Positions 39,301-47,715 of a DNA stretch of 64,000 nt are shown piece after piece. How positions within the stretch are numbered: the first letter of the stretch is position 1; every line of letters begins with the position of its first letter. The stretch is from an uncultured Candidatus Poseidoniales archaeon (GTDB lineage: Archaea > Thermoplasmatota > Poseidoniia > Poseidoniales > Thalassarchaeaceae), in assembly GCA_902625325.1 (NCBI GenBank), contig CACOAW010000004.1, positions 50,647 through 114,646 on the forward strand. The letters run 5' to 3'. A program made the position numbers and the translations under genes. A model generated the notes under the pieces. That model saw nothing but the letters and a program-made list of their open reading frames with translations. It did no database searches and was not told where the DNA came from.

Positions 39301-40189
39301 CCCTCAATCTCTCAGTGTGACTGCGGATTTTCGGAGCCTTAAGGCAAAGCCCCTCTGCGATTACTAGCATCACGCCCCCCCTTACTCTGGTTCTGAAAGA
39401 ACCATTGTCATTCACTATGTTTCGAACTTCCTTGTAACCCGCACACTCCATTCTCTCGGTCTCTTCGCCGTTGATCATTACCGGGCACTCGTTGACGATC
39501 AGGTCTGTCTCTTCTGGTTCTGGTTTAAACTGGAGATTAGCACGATAGAGCCCGAACTCCTCTTTCACTCTCTCTACTTCGGGAACAGTTGGGTTGTATC
39601 TGCCCACTCCTATCTCCCTTCTCAGGATGTCACCGATCAGTACACCTAGAGCCTGAGCAGTACCTCCTGCAGCCCTGATGGGGCCGCAGAAATCGATTGA
39701 AAGAAATTCAGAGCCATCCGAGTTGCTCATTATTCTGACTTCACCTATACCATCCAATGGGGCCACTAGGACAGCCTCAGTGAGGACCGCCAATCCCACT
39801 CTTAGTCCAGAATCAATAGCTCTCCTTCTGTCACCTGTTGCAGAATACATCTCCTTTGTAACATGAATCGCTATCATGATTGCAGCACTTTCCCTGTCGT
39901 GCTTCTGCAGCAGCTCCCTAAGATATCCCTCAATTTTTAGCGGCTGCTTACTCCTGTTATCCTGATCAACATAGAGGTACGGGTCTTCAAGGAGTTTCTC
40001 GGTTCTACTAGCCAAATCCGACGCTCTAGGTATCTCAACTGTCTCAGAAAAGTCCAGGCCCTTCTTTTTTGCCTCCGCTGCGATTGTATACGCTTCCTCT
40101 ATTTCCTTATCCAGGGATTCGTAATAATACGAGCGCTCGATCTCGAGCCTCTTTACATCTATTTCCTCGGCTCTGGTGTTTTTCGACAT
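36356..40189 (-). CDS. polC: DNA polymerase II (PolD) large subunit DP2, intein-free
   Basis: N-terminus 'YYYESLDKEIEEAYTIAAEAKKKGLDFSETVEIP' aligns with the DP2 N-terminus; multiple Cys clusters (CxxC) in the C-terminal zinc modules; 1277 aa from ATG 40189. The track ORF extends to 40381 into the divergent pyrE start region and is rejected. Confidence 0.9.
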   Translation of the reverse strand: MSKNTRAEEIDVKRLEIERSYYYESLDKEIEEAYTIAAEAKKKGLDFSETVEIPRASDLASRTEKLLEDPYLYVDQDNRSKQPLKIEGYLRELLQKHDRESAAIMIAIHVTKEMYSATGDRRRAIDSGLRVGLAVLTEAVLVAPLDGIGEVRIMSNSDGSEFLSIDFCGPIRAAGGTAQALGVLIGDILRREIGVGRYNPTVPEVERVKEEFGLYRANLQFKPEPEETDLIVNECPVMINGEETERMECAGYKEVRNIVNDNGSFRTRVRGGVMLVIAEGLCLKAPKIRSHTERLRVPGWDFISKFADKKKDGKPKTAELKSRVLEKEGRYMEDVIAGRPVFGEPREPGGFRLRYGRSRATGLAAAGLNPITMEALGGFLSVGTQMKIEGPGKACAVTPCVDIDGPTVLLRNGEFVRVGSQEEWKRCEGELLSIWDAGEILLGYGEFLENNKSLSPSSYSVDWWSVDLADSLDSHEKLESFAEIIGVKVGKLPPGMPFNGAIKRGGESRLERSYRRREWVSYLRNLDLSWDMVKEICESFGTAVPPPWNLWWSDLPIQFLPPLADEIVSKGKIEGSSLRIGKSVEGWPYSYDIDSIGVANPILGEWPRWTDVYRHGLVKSSLMTLGLVHHHDGSDIVIPLHWEGLLDGLGLGEADGMVIVRREVDSLVSQTVGKVSDVLNSKISEDGEKRAVDDYLVERSLSLVRKVSELPRWEDSVPCRIGARMGRPEKSGVREMSPMVHSLFPIGENGGPQRLVSEASSRGAIRVTVGPRICQKCGRETPHVTCHHRPDPEEPIECGGRTLAGPSRNRRGSRKGEITAVNLGSILEVKRRKLGLDRIPSKIKAVKGLVSKDQAPEQIEKGILRGLHGLSVFRDGTARFDMSDVPVTHFRPSEIGTSWKRLVELGYTHDYDGEPLKNDEQLLELLPQDFIPSRLASAHLLSTCSFVDDLLTRFYEMPPFYMAKSLEDIVGHIAIGLAPHTSGGVACRIIGWTDASAGYAHPLFHAAKRRNCDGDEDSIMMLMDGLLNFTQIILPANRGGRMDAPLVLTTRLNPSEIDKEALNVDCAWFYSRDFYESTLDRPHPKEIRDLMDIVEDRLGMIGEIRGYGWTHDSGPLDAGPENSSYKTLVTMKDKLDSQLSLGKVLRSVAADRVAKQVIESHFLPDMRGNLMAYTRQKIRCVKCGESYRRMPLAGKCIKNKPASGGFSGGELDSGCGGNVVLTVSEGAVRKYIQITEDIMSEFGIDDYTKHRVGWMSSSVDSLFNNDKVTVMTLEDFI

Positions 40190-40317
40190 GCCTTCCCCTC
40201 GCAACAGCACTACCCACTCCGAAGAGACCGTCCAAGAACATTCACCGTCATCTTGCTCGAAATTCACCTCAACGACGGTAATCTTCATCACATTACGTCT
40301 AGGCCAAAACAGGTAGA

Positions 40318-40902
40318 ATGACCCCAACATCAGTGGAACAGGCTCGAGAAATACTAATTGACAGAATACGAGATCTTGCATATCTTTTCTCCGATGAAGA
40401 GGACTTCACATTAGCGAGTGGAAGGAAGAGTAAGCATTTCTTTGACATGAAACCAGTCATGATGGACCCGGAGTGCGCTCATCTCCTTGGAGTCCTAATT
40501 CATGACCAAATCAAGAAGATCGGAGAGATAGATGCAGTAGGAGGCCTCGAATTAGGAGCTGTACCGTTAACGGGAATATCAATCGCTAAGGCGGAGAAGG
40601 GATCCTCATTGAGAGGCTTTATTGTTAGGAAGGAACCAAAGGGCAGGGGTGGAAGAAAGACAGGAAACCCCCCCGGGATAGAAGGATCTAGTTTACAGCC
40701 CGGGAATAGAGTAGTACTTCTTGAGGACGTCACAACTACTGGGGGATCTGCTTTGAAGGCGGCAAGAACCCTCAATCAGATGGGTTGCGATGTAGTCTGT
40801 TGCATCACTATACTAGATAGGCAAGAGGGAGGATTGGAAGCATTCGAGGAGGCTGGAATAAACCTAATTCCCCTCACTCTCAAATCCGATATCGCGAGTT
40901 GA
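40318..40902 (+). CDS. pyrE: Orotate phosphoribosyltransferase
   Basis: 'FTLASGRKSKHFFD', 'IDAVGGLELGAVP', 'VVLLEDVTTTGGS'; 194 aa. Confidence 0.9.
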   Translation: MTPTSVEQAREILIDRIRDLAYLFSDEEDFTLASGRKSKHFFDMKPVMMDPECAHLLGVLIHDQIKKIGEIDAVGGLELGAVPLTGISIAKAEKGSSLRGFIVRKEPKGRGGRKTGNPPGIEGSSLQPGNRVVLLEDVTTTGGSALKAARTLNQMGCDVVCCITILDRQEGGLEAFEEAGINLIPLTLKSDIAS

Positions 40903-40906
40903 AGAC

Positions 40907-41305
40907 ATGGGACAGCACGACATTGATCCAGAAAATCTGCCATATCACCCCTCCAAACTTGAGAGAAAGGAGTATATCGGAATCGGAGAGTTTCTTTCTT
41001 TGGATATGAGAACCGGAATAATTGATGATGTTCAGGAATTCCCAGAGATGAGAAAGCCGTCTTACAAGATTAGAGTTGATTTTGGACCAATAGTTGGAAG
41101 ACTATGGAGCTCAGCCCAGATTACAAACTACTCCCGTTCGCAATTAATTGGAAGGATGGTAATAGCCGCTATCAACCTAGGAGAGAAGACATTACCCACG
41201 GGCTTCGTTTCCCAATTCCTCGTTTTGGGCGCCCTAGATGCGGATGGTACAGTCAGACTGTTAGAGGCCCCAGATGGAACTCTGCCGGGCTCAACAGTTG
41301 CATAG
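40907..41305 (+). CDS. tRNA-binding protein (CsaA/Trbp111, EMAP-II-like OB fold)
   Basis: 'FLSLDMRTGII', 'YKIRVDFGP', 'LIGRMVIAAINLGEKTLPTGFVSQFLVLGA...LPGSTVA'; 132 aa. Confidence 0.75.
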   Translation: MGQHDIDPENLPYHPSKLERKEYIGIGEFLSLDMRTGIIDDVQEFPEMRKPSYKIRVDFGPIVGRLWSSAQITNYSRSQLIGRMVIAAINLGEKTLPTGFVSQFLVLGALDADGTVRLLEAPDGTLPGSTVA

Positions 41306-41323
41306 CTGCAATACAATACCATA

Positions 41324-41833
41324 TTGAACCTGCTTTTCTACAAGGATAGTATGACATACGTAAGGATGACAACGAGTGCTGGAGAAATAGACATTCAATT
41401 GTACACAGAGGAATGCCCAGAGACAACAAACAACTTCCTGAAATTAGTAGACGATGGCTTCTATGATGGCTTACACTTCCACAGAGTAATCAAAGATTTC
41501 ATGATCCAAGGAGGATGCCCACATTCAAGCGATGCAAACAATGGGAGAGCCGGAACCGGAGGTCCCGGCTGGAAGATACCCTGTGAGGTATCAGCATTAG
41601 CGAAGAAACACGACAAGCCTGGGATATTCTCAATGGCAAACGCAGGACGAGATACGGGGGGGTCCCAGTTTTTTCTTACCACGGTCCCCACTCCATGGCT
41701 CGACGGAAATCACGCTGTATTCGGAGAGGTTTCTAAGGGGATGGAAGTAGTCAGAAAGATTGAGTCTACAGAGACTCGACCCGGAGATAGACCGATGTCG
41801 CCACAGAAGATAATCAGTGTAGAGAGAGTATGA
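41324..41833 (+). CDS. ppiB: Peptidyl-prolyl cis-trans isomerase, cyclophilin type
   Basis: 'FYDGLHFHRVIKDFMIQGG', 'SMANAGRDTGGSQFFLT'; 169 aa. Confidence 0.9.
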   Translation: MNLLFYKDSMTYVRMTTSAGEIDIQLYTEECPETTNNFLKLVDDGFYDGLHFHRVIKDFMIQGGCPHSSDANNGRAGTGGPGWKIPCEVSALAKKHDKPGIFSMANAGRDTGGSQFFLTTVPTPWLDGNHAVFGEVSKGMEVVRKIESTETRPGDRPMSPQKIISVERV

Positions 41834-41884
41834 TCATTAGACTACAGTAAATATATTTATTAATAAGTTAATAATACTAATAGC

Positions 41885-43486
41885 ATGGCGAAGCATCGTG
41901 TCGGTGATCGTAGAATAATTTCAGTCAGTATTCCTGAGGATATTGCTAGAAGATTGGACGCTAGGGTTGGTAAGGGTAGAGGGGCAGGAAGGTCTGCCAC
42001 TATCTCCAAGATGATTGAAAACTCCCTTTCTGGAGCCGTTATCAACAAGCCCACCTCCGAAGAGATTGAGTCTCGTAAACCGGACAAGACTAATCTCAAA
42101 GTGAGGGTTGAGACTGATACAATGGGGAACATAGAAGTTCCTGCTGATAGATACTATGGAGCACAGACAGCAAGGTCTCTGATCAACTTCGATATAGGAG
42201 AAGATAAGATGCCCAGATCTGTGATTCGTGCATTCGGAATCCTAAAGCAGGCAGCTGCGGAGACAAATGTCAAGCTCGGAGTACTGGAAGATGATATTGG
42301 AAAACTAATCTCGGAAACATGCGAAGAGGTGATTTCTGGAAATCTAGACTCCCATTTCCCTCTAAGAATCTGGCAGACGGGGTCTGGGACTCAGACCAAC
42401 ATGAACGCAAACGAGGTTATTGCGAATAGGGCTATTGAGATTTCTGGAGGAAAGATGGGCAGTAAGTCTCCGGTACACCCTAACGATCATGTAAATCGCG
42501 CTCAATCTAGTAATGATACGTTTCCAACTGCAATGCACATTGCTGCAGCCGAAGAAATACAACATCGGCTAATTCCATCAGTACTGAAACTTCGACATTC
42601 TCTAGCGGAGAAGGAGGAAGAGTTCTCTGAGATAGTCAAAATCGGCAGGACTCACCTCATGGACGCCGTCCCACTAACACTTGGACAGGAGTTTGGTGCT
42701 TACGTGTCGATGTTGGATGCCGACTTGATAAGGATTCAAACGGTCCTGAACGATTTGTACGAACTAGCACTAGGAGGGACTGCAGTCGGAACCGGCCTCA
42801 ATACTCACCCCGATTTCGCAGAATTGGTCGCTGCTAGGATTTCAGAGAAGACAGGTTTGCCCTTCATCAGCGCAGAGAATAAGTTTGCACAATTAGCAGC
42901 TCACGATGCCATCGTAGCAGCTTCGGGCGCTCTGAATACACTTTCAGCCTCGTTGATGAAGATAGCCAATGATGTTAGATGGCTTGGTTCCGGACCTCGA
43001 TGTGGTTTTGGAGAGCTCTCTCTGCCCGCTAACGAGCCTGGCTCTAGTATAATGCCCGGCAAGGTCAATCCAACACAGTCTGAGGCCATGACTATGGTCT
43101 GTTGCCAGGTAATGGGGAACCACGTTGCTATTTCCATCGGTGGAAGTCAAGGAAACTTTGAACTGAATGTCTTCAAGCCGTTGATGATCCATAATCTCCT
43201 GCACAGTACAAGGCTGCTGTCAGATAGCAGTGTATCTTTCTCTGAAAATTGCATACTCGGGCTCAGCGCAAACGAAGCAAAGATTGCCGAGCACCTCGAG
43301 AACTCATTGATGTTAGTTACCGCTCTGAATCCACACATCGGATATGACAATGCAGCTAAAATCGCCAAGAATGCCCATGAAAAAGGGCTTACTCTCAGAC
43401 AAAGCGCTATCGAATTGGGCCTGGTGAATGAGCAGCAGTTCGAAGAATGGGTCAGACCTAGTGATATGACCGGGCCAAGCAAATAA
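41885..43486 (+). CDS. fumC: Fumarate hydratase class II with in-frame N-terminal ribbon-helix-helix extension
   Basis: '[17 protein letters not shown]' lyase signature. FumC N-terminus '[26 protein letters not shown]' begins at aa 73. aa 1-45 '[37 protein letters not shown]' is an RHH (beta-alpha-alpha) pattern. No stop between them; alternative GTG at 42101. Confidence 0.85.
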   Translation: MAKHRVGDRRIISVSIPEDIARRLDARVGKGRGAGRSATISKMIENSLSGAVINKPTSEEIESRKPDKTNLKVRVETDTMGNIEVPADRYYGAQTARSLINFDIGEDKMPRSVIRAFGILKQAAAETNVKLGVLEDDIGKLISETCEEVISGNLDSHFPLRIWQTGSGTQTNMNANEVIANRAIEISGGKMGSKSPVHPNDHVNRAQSSNDTFPTAMHIAAAEEIQHRLIPSVLKLRHSLAEKEEEFSEIVKIGRTHLMDAVPLTLGQEFGAYVSMLDADLIRIQTVLNDLYELALGGTAVGTGLNTHPDFAELVAARISEKTGLPFISAENKFAQLAAHDAIVAASGALNTLSASLMKIANDVRWLGSGPRCGFGELSLPANEPGSSIMPGKVNPTQSEAMTMVCCQVMGNHVAISIGGSQGNFELNVFKPLMIHNLLHSTRLLSDSSVSFSENCILGLSANEAKIAEHLENSLMLVTALNPHIGYDNAAKIAKNAHEKGLTLRQSAIELGLVNEQQFEEWVRPSDMTGPSK

Positions 43487-44190
43487 GCAATAGTTCCCCT
43501 AGTATTCAGAAAATTATTGGGCCGATTTCAGGTGGGAGCAACAGGGGGTTCAGCACATGGGGGAGCTTCCCCCCCTGTTAACTCCGCAGGGTCCGGGTGT
43601 CCCCCGGGCCCGAAGGCCCGGGTTTCCCCGGGTAGAAGACTCCGGAACTTCATGCTCTTCCTTTGTCATTTTCCGACTCATGATAGATCTCCCTTTCACT
43701 CGCCGCATCCGCTTCTGGTACTTCGTCTCCGCTTTTCCTTTCACGTCTCGATACTGGCTTCTCCACGGGTCTCCCCGCCCTTGTTGCCCGGTGTTTCCCT
43801 TGGTTTCCTTCCCCTTCCTTGCGTCCGGTTATCTCTTCCTCGTTCCCCACCTACATGACCCAGGTTCATTCTCATCCCCCTACGCATGTGTATCTCTTCA
43901 GCTCCTACCTCGCTCTCCCCTTCGTTACCTCCAGTTTGTCCGATCTATTCGCCGCGGCCTTCGCGTCCACAGACGCTCCAGCCTTTCCCCGATTTCCTTT
44001 CGAATTTCGGTTCTACCGCCCCGTGTTCGGGGCTCGGTTTTTGTGGCCCGCGAGTTGCGCCAAAGCGCCCTCACACCACTCCCCCGGAGCGGCAAAGAAC
44101 ACAGGGTGATGGGTGGCTCATAAACATTTCGTCATTATTAGAGCAGTTCACTGGAAATAAGGGTGTTTGGAGGTGTTTTTCCATTGCAAA
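43487..44190. ncRNA. Unassigned non-coding region with GC-rich hairpins and a 450-nt pyrimidine-rich tract (candidate structured RNA)
   Basis: No credible ORF (only P/R/S-rich or E/K/R-rich low-complexity frames). 9-bp hairpin aacaggggg/ccccctgtt (43540-43579); cccgggcc-cgaa-ggcccggg (43603-43622); strong C+T bias on the + strand from 43650 to 44000. Confidence 0.3.
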
Positions 44191-45282
44191 TTAAGCACCT
44201 CGGAGTGCACGTATTTTCTTCCTAAGCTCCGACTCTTTTCCATATTGGATATCTCTTTCTGGGAGCCTTCCGAAACGACGCCGAAGAACTTCCTTCTCGA
44301 TTACATGTAAACATCCGCTAAAATCCCCAAAGCAAATCGTATTCTCAGTAGCGAAACTCGCTACTATCCTAGATTCGTGAGAGAGCTCTAGCTGCATACT
44401 CCCGGTTGAAGAGTCGACTAGGAAGACTCCTGCTTTATCATTCCATGACGAGTACCATATGCCTGCGACATCGTCCAACGAAGGGCCGAATGAAACTACA
44501 TCAATGGATTCCAAAGACTCTATCTTCCAGGATCCAGGGAATTCTCCGGTTGAAACGACCCCAGAATCGAGCCCTGCTACCCAACTACTTCCGCAATCCA
44601 TCGCGCGGATAGCAGAGTCTCCTATGCTAACCGTGGAGCAAACTCCTCCATGTATCTCAGTCACTGATCCATTGCTATGCCCGAAAACCATCCCTCCCCC
44701 ATCTAATTTACATCCAGCAGTTATCGGCTTTTTTTCTTCTAACTCAAGATATTCAATTCCTGCTTCGGATGCAGTGGCATATCCACACTTAGGCCTACTA
44801 AGTCCCATGATTGCTTGTCCTTGAAAATCAGAAAGAGACCAGGCTCTCCCTTTCGTGTCACCCTTCCACCTAACTTTTCCGGAATAGTCAATTTTCCATA
44901 CCGAACCCTCTGAATAGTCCTGAATCTCGAAGTTGTAAACAGACGAAGTCACCCAAACACATTCTGATGAAACTCGGACAAGATCGCCCGAACCCTCAAG
45001 TTCCACGCACCAAACCTCATCTCCAGAGGACAACATAATTGCATGAACTCTATTTGTTTCTGTGAAGAATAGGAAATCTTTGTTGGAATCCGCATTGGAA
45101 CAAGGACCCTCAAACTTGGATCTCCACATCTCTTTACCGCTGTTCAAATCCCAGCAAGCAACCTCTCCTGATTTGGAACCCGATAACAGTAATTCCCCTG
45201 AGACTCTGACGAAGGCACACTCCCCTCCAATATTCCTGACTAGGGAGGAATAGTCAGTAAGACTGGATATTGTCATGTGCAT
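44191..45282 (-). CDS. PQQ-like beta-propeller repeat protein
   Basis: Repeated 'G-x-V/L-x-A-x-D-x-x-S/T-G-x-x-x-W' blades (e.g. 'GEVACWDLNSGKEMWRS', 'NRVHAIMLSSGDEVWCV'). Start moved to Met18 to avoid overlap with the convergent neighbour. Confidence 0.6.
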   Translation of the reverse strand: MHMTISSLTDYSSLVRNIGGECAFVRVSGELLLSGSKSGEVACWDLNSGKEMWRSKFEGPCSNADSNKDFLFFTETNRVHAIMLSSGDEVWCVELEGSGDLVRVSSECVWVTSSVYNFEIQDYSEGSVWKIDYSGKVRWKGDTKGRAWSLSDFQGQAIMGLSRPKCGYATASEAGIEYLELEEKKPITAGCKLDGGGMVFGHSNGSVTEIHGGVCSTVSIGDSAIRAMDCGSSWVAGLDSGVVSTGEFPGSWKIESLESIDVVSFGPSLDDVAGIWYSSWNDKAGVFLVDSSTGSMQLELSHESRIVASFATENTICFGDFSGCLHVIEKEVLRRRFGRLPERDIQYGKESELRKKIRALRGA

Positions 45283-45292
45283 CCCAAATCTT

Positions 45293-46795
45293 CTAAGCGC
45301 TAACTCCGTACAGCCTCTCAATCTTTGAGCCAAGATATCTTATGAAAGCATCAGGGGAAGGATTCCGTCCAGTTGCTTCCTTTATTAGCTCTGCTGGCTC
45401 TAGCACGCTCCCTCTCGAGTGGACATTATCTCTCATCCATTTTAGTAGCGGGGAGAAGTTCCCCTCTCTAATCTGAGTATCGTGTTCTGGGAGATCTTCT
45501 CTGGCTGACTCGAGCAGTTGAGCAGCGTATAAATTCCCGAGAGTGTACGTTGGGAAGTAGCCGATTGCACCCATTGACCAGTGAATATCCTGAAGCACCC
45601 CCAGTGTACGGTTCGGAGCTCTAATTCCCAAGTATTCATGGTACATTTCGTCCCAAGCGGCAGGAAGATCATCTACATCTATTTCGCCAGCGATGAGTTG
45701 CTTTTCGATCTCATACCTTATCATGATGTGTAGATTATATGTGGCCTCATCGGCATCTACCCTGATTAGACCGGGCTTCACCAAATTAACTGCCTGCCAT
45801 AGTTGCTCAGCGCTGACTCCGTCCATATTTTCTGGGAAGAACTTCCTCCACAACGGGATGGACCATTCACAAAACTCCCTGGATCTTCCTACCTGATTCT
45901 CCCAGAGGCGACTTTGACTCTCGTGAATCCCAAGACCGTTCGCCTTTCCTGCTGGTTGGAAGTCCAAATCCCTAGGTCTACCCTGTTCGTACGTGCCGTG
46001 ACCTGTTTCATGCATTGAACCAAATAGCGATCCGAACGGCTCGTCTTTACTATAGCGAGTTGTCCATCTCACATCGTCGGGATTAGGCCCCCCACAGAAA
46101 GGGTGAGTGGACAGATCCCTCCTCCCTGCCTCGAAGTCGAAACCTATCGCCTCAGAAACACTTTGGCTCAACTCTTCCTGTGCTTTCTGACTCCATGTGC
46201 TTTCTGTAACCCAAGAGAGATCTGGCCCTTCGTCCCTTTCCACTACTTCCATAATCAGGGGTGCCACATTTTCTCTAAGTCCCGAGAACAGGGGGTCGAG
46301 TCTTTCCACGGTTAGACCGCTTTCGTAAAGATCGAGCAGGGCATCGTATCTCAGACTATCATACCCGAAGAAATCGGCCTTCATCCTTGCATGACCAATC
46401 GCTATTTCGAGGTCATCACGGAAAATTGAGAAATCGTCCTTCTCCCTTGCCTCAGTCCAAGAAATCAGAGCCTTGGAACGATGCTTCGCCATCTCCTCAA
46501 CGAACTCTGTAGGCAACTTTGTTGCCCTGTCAAAAGCCTCCCTCGCAAGCCTGATATTCGCCGATCTAATTGTATCCATGTCCTCATTGGACTCAATCTC
46601 ATCCAATATTTCTCCTATTCTGGCGTCAGTTAGCCTCTCATGGGCAGTCTTCGAAATCCAAGCAAGTTGCTCCGCCCTCAGAGGAGCCGCCTTTGGAGGC
46701 ATCAGCACCTCCTGATCCCAACTCAATAGGCTCCCTATCTGTCTAATCAAGTCGATATCCTTCAGCCTCGTCAGTAATTCTTCGTACGCGCTCAC
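45293..46795 (-). CDS. Carboxypeptidase Taq (M32 family metallocarboxypeptidase)
   Basis: 'HETGHGTYEQG' (HExxH), 'IRVDADEATYNLHIMIRYE', 'DIHWSMGAIGYFPTYTLGN'; 500 aa. Confidence 0.85.
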   Translation of the reverse strand: MSAYEELLTRLKDIDLIRQIGSLLSWDQEVLMPPKAAPLRAEQLAWISKTAHERLTDARIGEILDEIESNEDMDTIRSANIRLAREAFDRATKLPTEFVEEMAKHRSKALISWTEAREKDDFSIFRDDLEIAIGHARMKADFFGYDSLRYDALLDLYESGLTVERLDPLFSGLRENVAPLIMEVVERDEGPDLSWVTESTWSQKAQEELSQSVSEAIGFDFEAGRRDLSTHPFCGGPNPDDVRWTTRYSKDEPFGSLFGSMHETGHGTYEQGRPRDLDFQPAGKANGLGIHESQSRLWENQVGRSREFCEWSIPLWRKFFPENMDGVSAEQLWQAVNLVKPGLIRVDADEATYNLHIMIRYEIEKQLIAGEIDVDDLPAAWDEMYHEYLGIRAPNRTLGVLQDIHWSMGAIGYFPTYTLGNLYAAQLLESAREDLPEHDTQIREGNFSPLLKWMRDNVHSRGSVLEPAELIKEATGRNPSPDAFIRYLGSKIERLYGVSA

Positions 46796-46880
46796 GCCTT
46801 ATCGAGTCAGGGCATAGACACATATTTTGCGGCCGAAAAAACTCTAGTCGAAAGCGAGTATTGATAGCACTCGCCGCAAA

Positions 46881-47321
46881 TTGAACGCCAAGAGAGATAT
46901 GTCGAACAGCCAGCTAGTCGAAGCGCTAAATCAAGCTTTATCTTGGGAATTAAGAGCAATAGCCATGTATGCTCACTATTCTGCATACGTGTCGGGGATC
47001 CATAGGCTCCACCTATCCGCTCACTTCAGCAATGAAGTCAACGAATCTGTGATGCACGCTGCCACAGTTCGCTCCGCTATCGTAAAACTGGATGGAACTG
47101 CCACAACTGAGAGAGACCCATCTCCGATAGTTCACACTTCAAATTACAAGGAAATACTCGAAGAGGCGTATCAAACAGAAAAGGCAGCCGCGGAAACTTA
47201 TGGCAGCATTTTACCTTTGGTGGAGGAACTCGGAGATGCGGAGCTTTATGATTCCCTAGAAGTAGTCTATTTCGACGAACAACGCTCAGTAGAGGAACTT
47301 AGGATGATGATGAAAGAATAG
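46881..47321 (+). CDS. Ferritin-like diiron-domain protein
   Basis: 146 aa, all-helical. E/H spacing 'ELRAIAMYAHYS...E..H' fits a four-helix-bundle ferritin-like fold. Weak. Confidence 0.5.
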   Translation: MNAKRDMSNSQLVEALNQALSWELRAIAMYAHYSAYVSGIHRLHLSAHFSNEVNESVMHAATVRSAIVKLDGTATTERDPSPIVHTSNYKEILEEAYQTEKAAAETYGSILPLVEELGDAELYDSLEVVYFDEQRSVEELRMMMKE

Positions 47322-47354
47322 TCGGAAACACCCTCACATTAATCCCTAAAATTC

Positions 47355-47570
47355 ATGCAGACTAGCCTAACCGTGAAAATAGTGGACCGGTATGAAATAC
47401 ATCGAATCTATCTAGCGGCCTTACTCTTGCTGGCGCCAGTATTTTCAGGATGCATGGGCGACGGTCATACCGAATCTAAGGACGTTGAAGAAGAACACTG
47501 GCTTCCTAGAGTGGAAGATCGTTCTAACCTCAGACGGGCGAAGACTACATTCCTAGCCCGATATCAATGA
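47355..47570 (+). CDS. Possible small lipoprotein
   Basis: 71 aa; 'LAALLLLAPVFSGC' signal plus lipobox-like Cys. Could be spurious. Confidence 0.25.
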   Translation: MQTSLTVKIVDRYEIHRIYLAALLLLAPVFSGCMGDGHTESKDVEEEHWLPRVEDRSNLRRAKTTFLARYQ

Positions 47571-47715
47571 TGCCAGTTTCAGTAAGCATGGGACTAGGAA
47601 GCATATTGAGCCTGTCTTCTGTTGTTAGAGACTGCAATCAACTGTTTTTACCGCCTATGCAATCAGTATATTCGTTTTGCACTGTTGAAATAGACTGAAT
47701 TGCAAGTCCCTAACC

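Noticed and set aside
36857-39866. Small + strand ORFs inside polD DP2
   Set aside because: Embedded in a 1277-aa conserved polymerase gene on the opposite strand.
40190-40381. 64-aa N-terminal extension of the polD ORF
   Set aside because: The conserved DP2 N-terminus aligns from ATG 40189, and the extension would overlap the pyrE start on the other strand.
43519-43611. Tested 'gggccga...' as a long-arm tRNA start
   Set aside because: The hairpin geometry (9-bp stem with 22-nt loop) does not fit a cloverleaf, and there is no anticodon arm.
43517-44123. Pro/Arg/Ser/Phe-rich + strand ORFs and Glu/Lys/Arg-rich - strand ORFs in the 43487-44190 region
   Set aside because: Low complexity that follows from strand compositional bias, with no domain signature; treated as non-coding.
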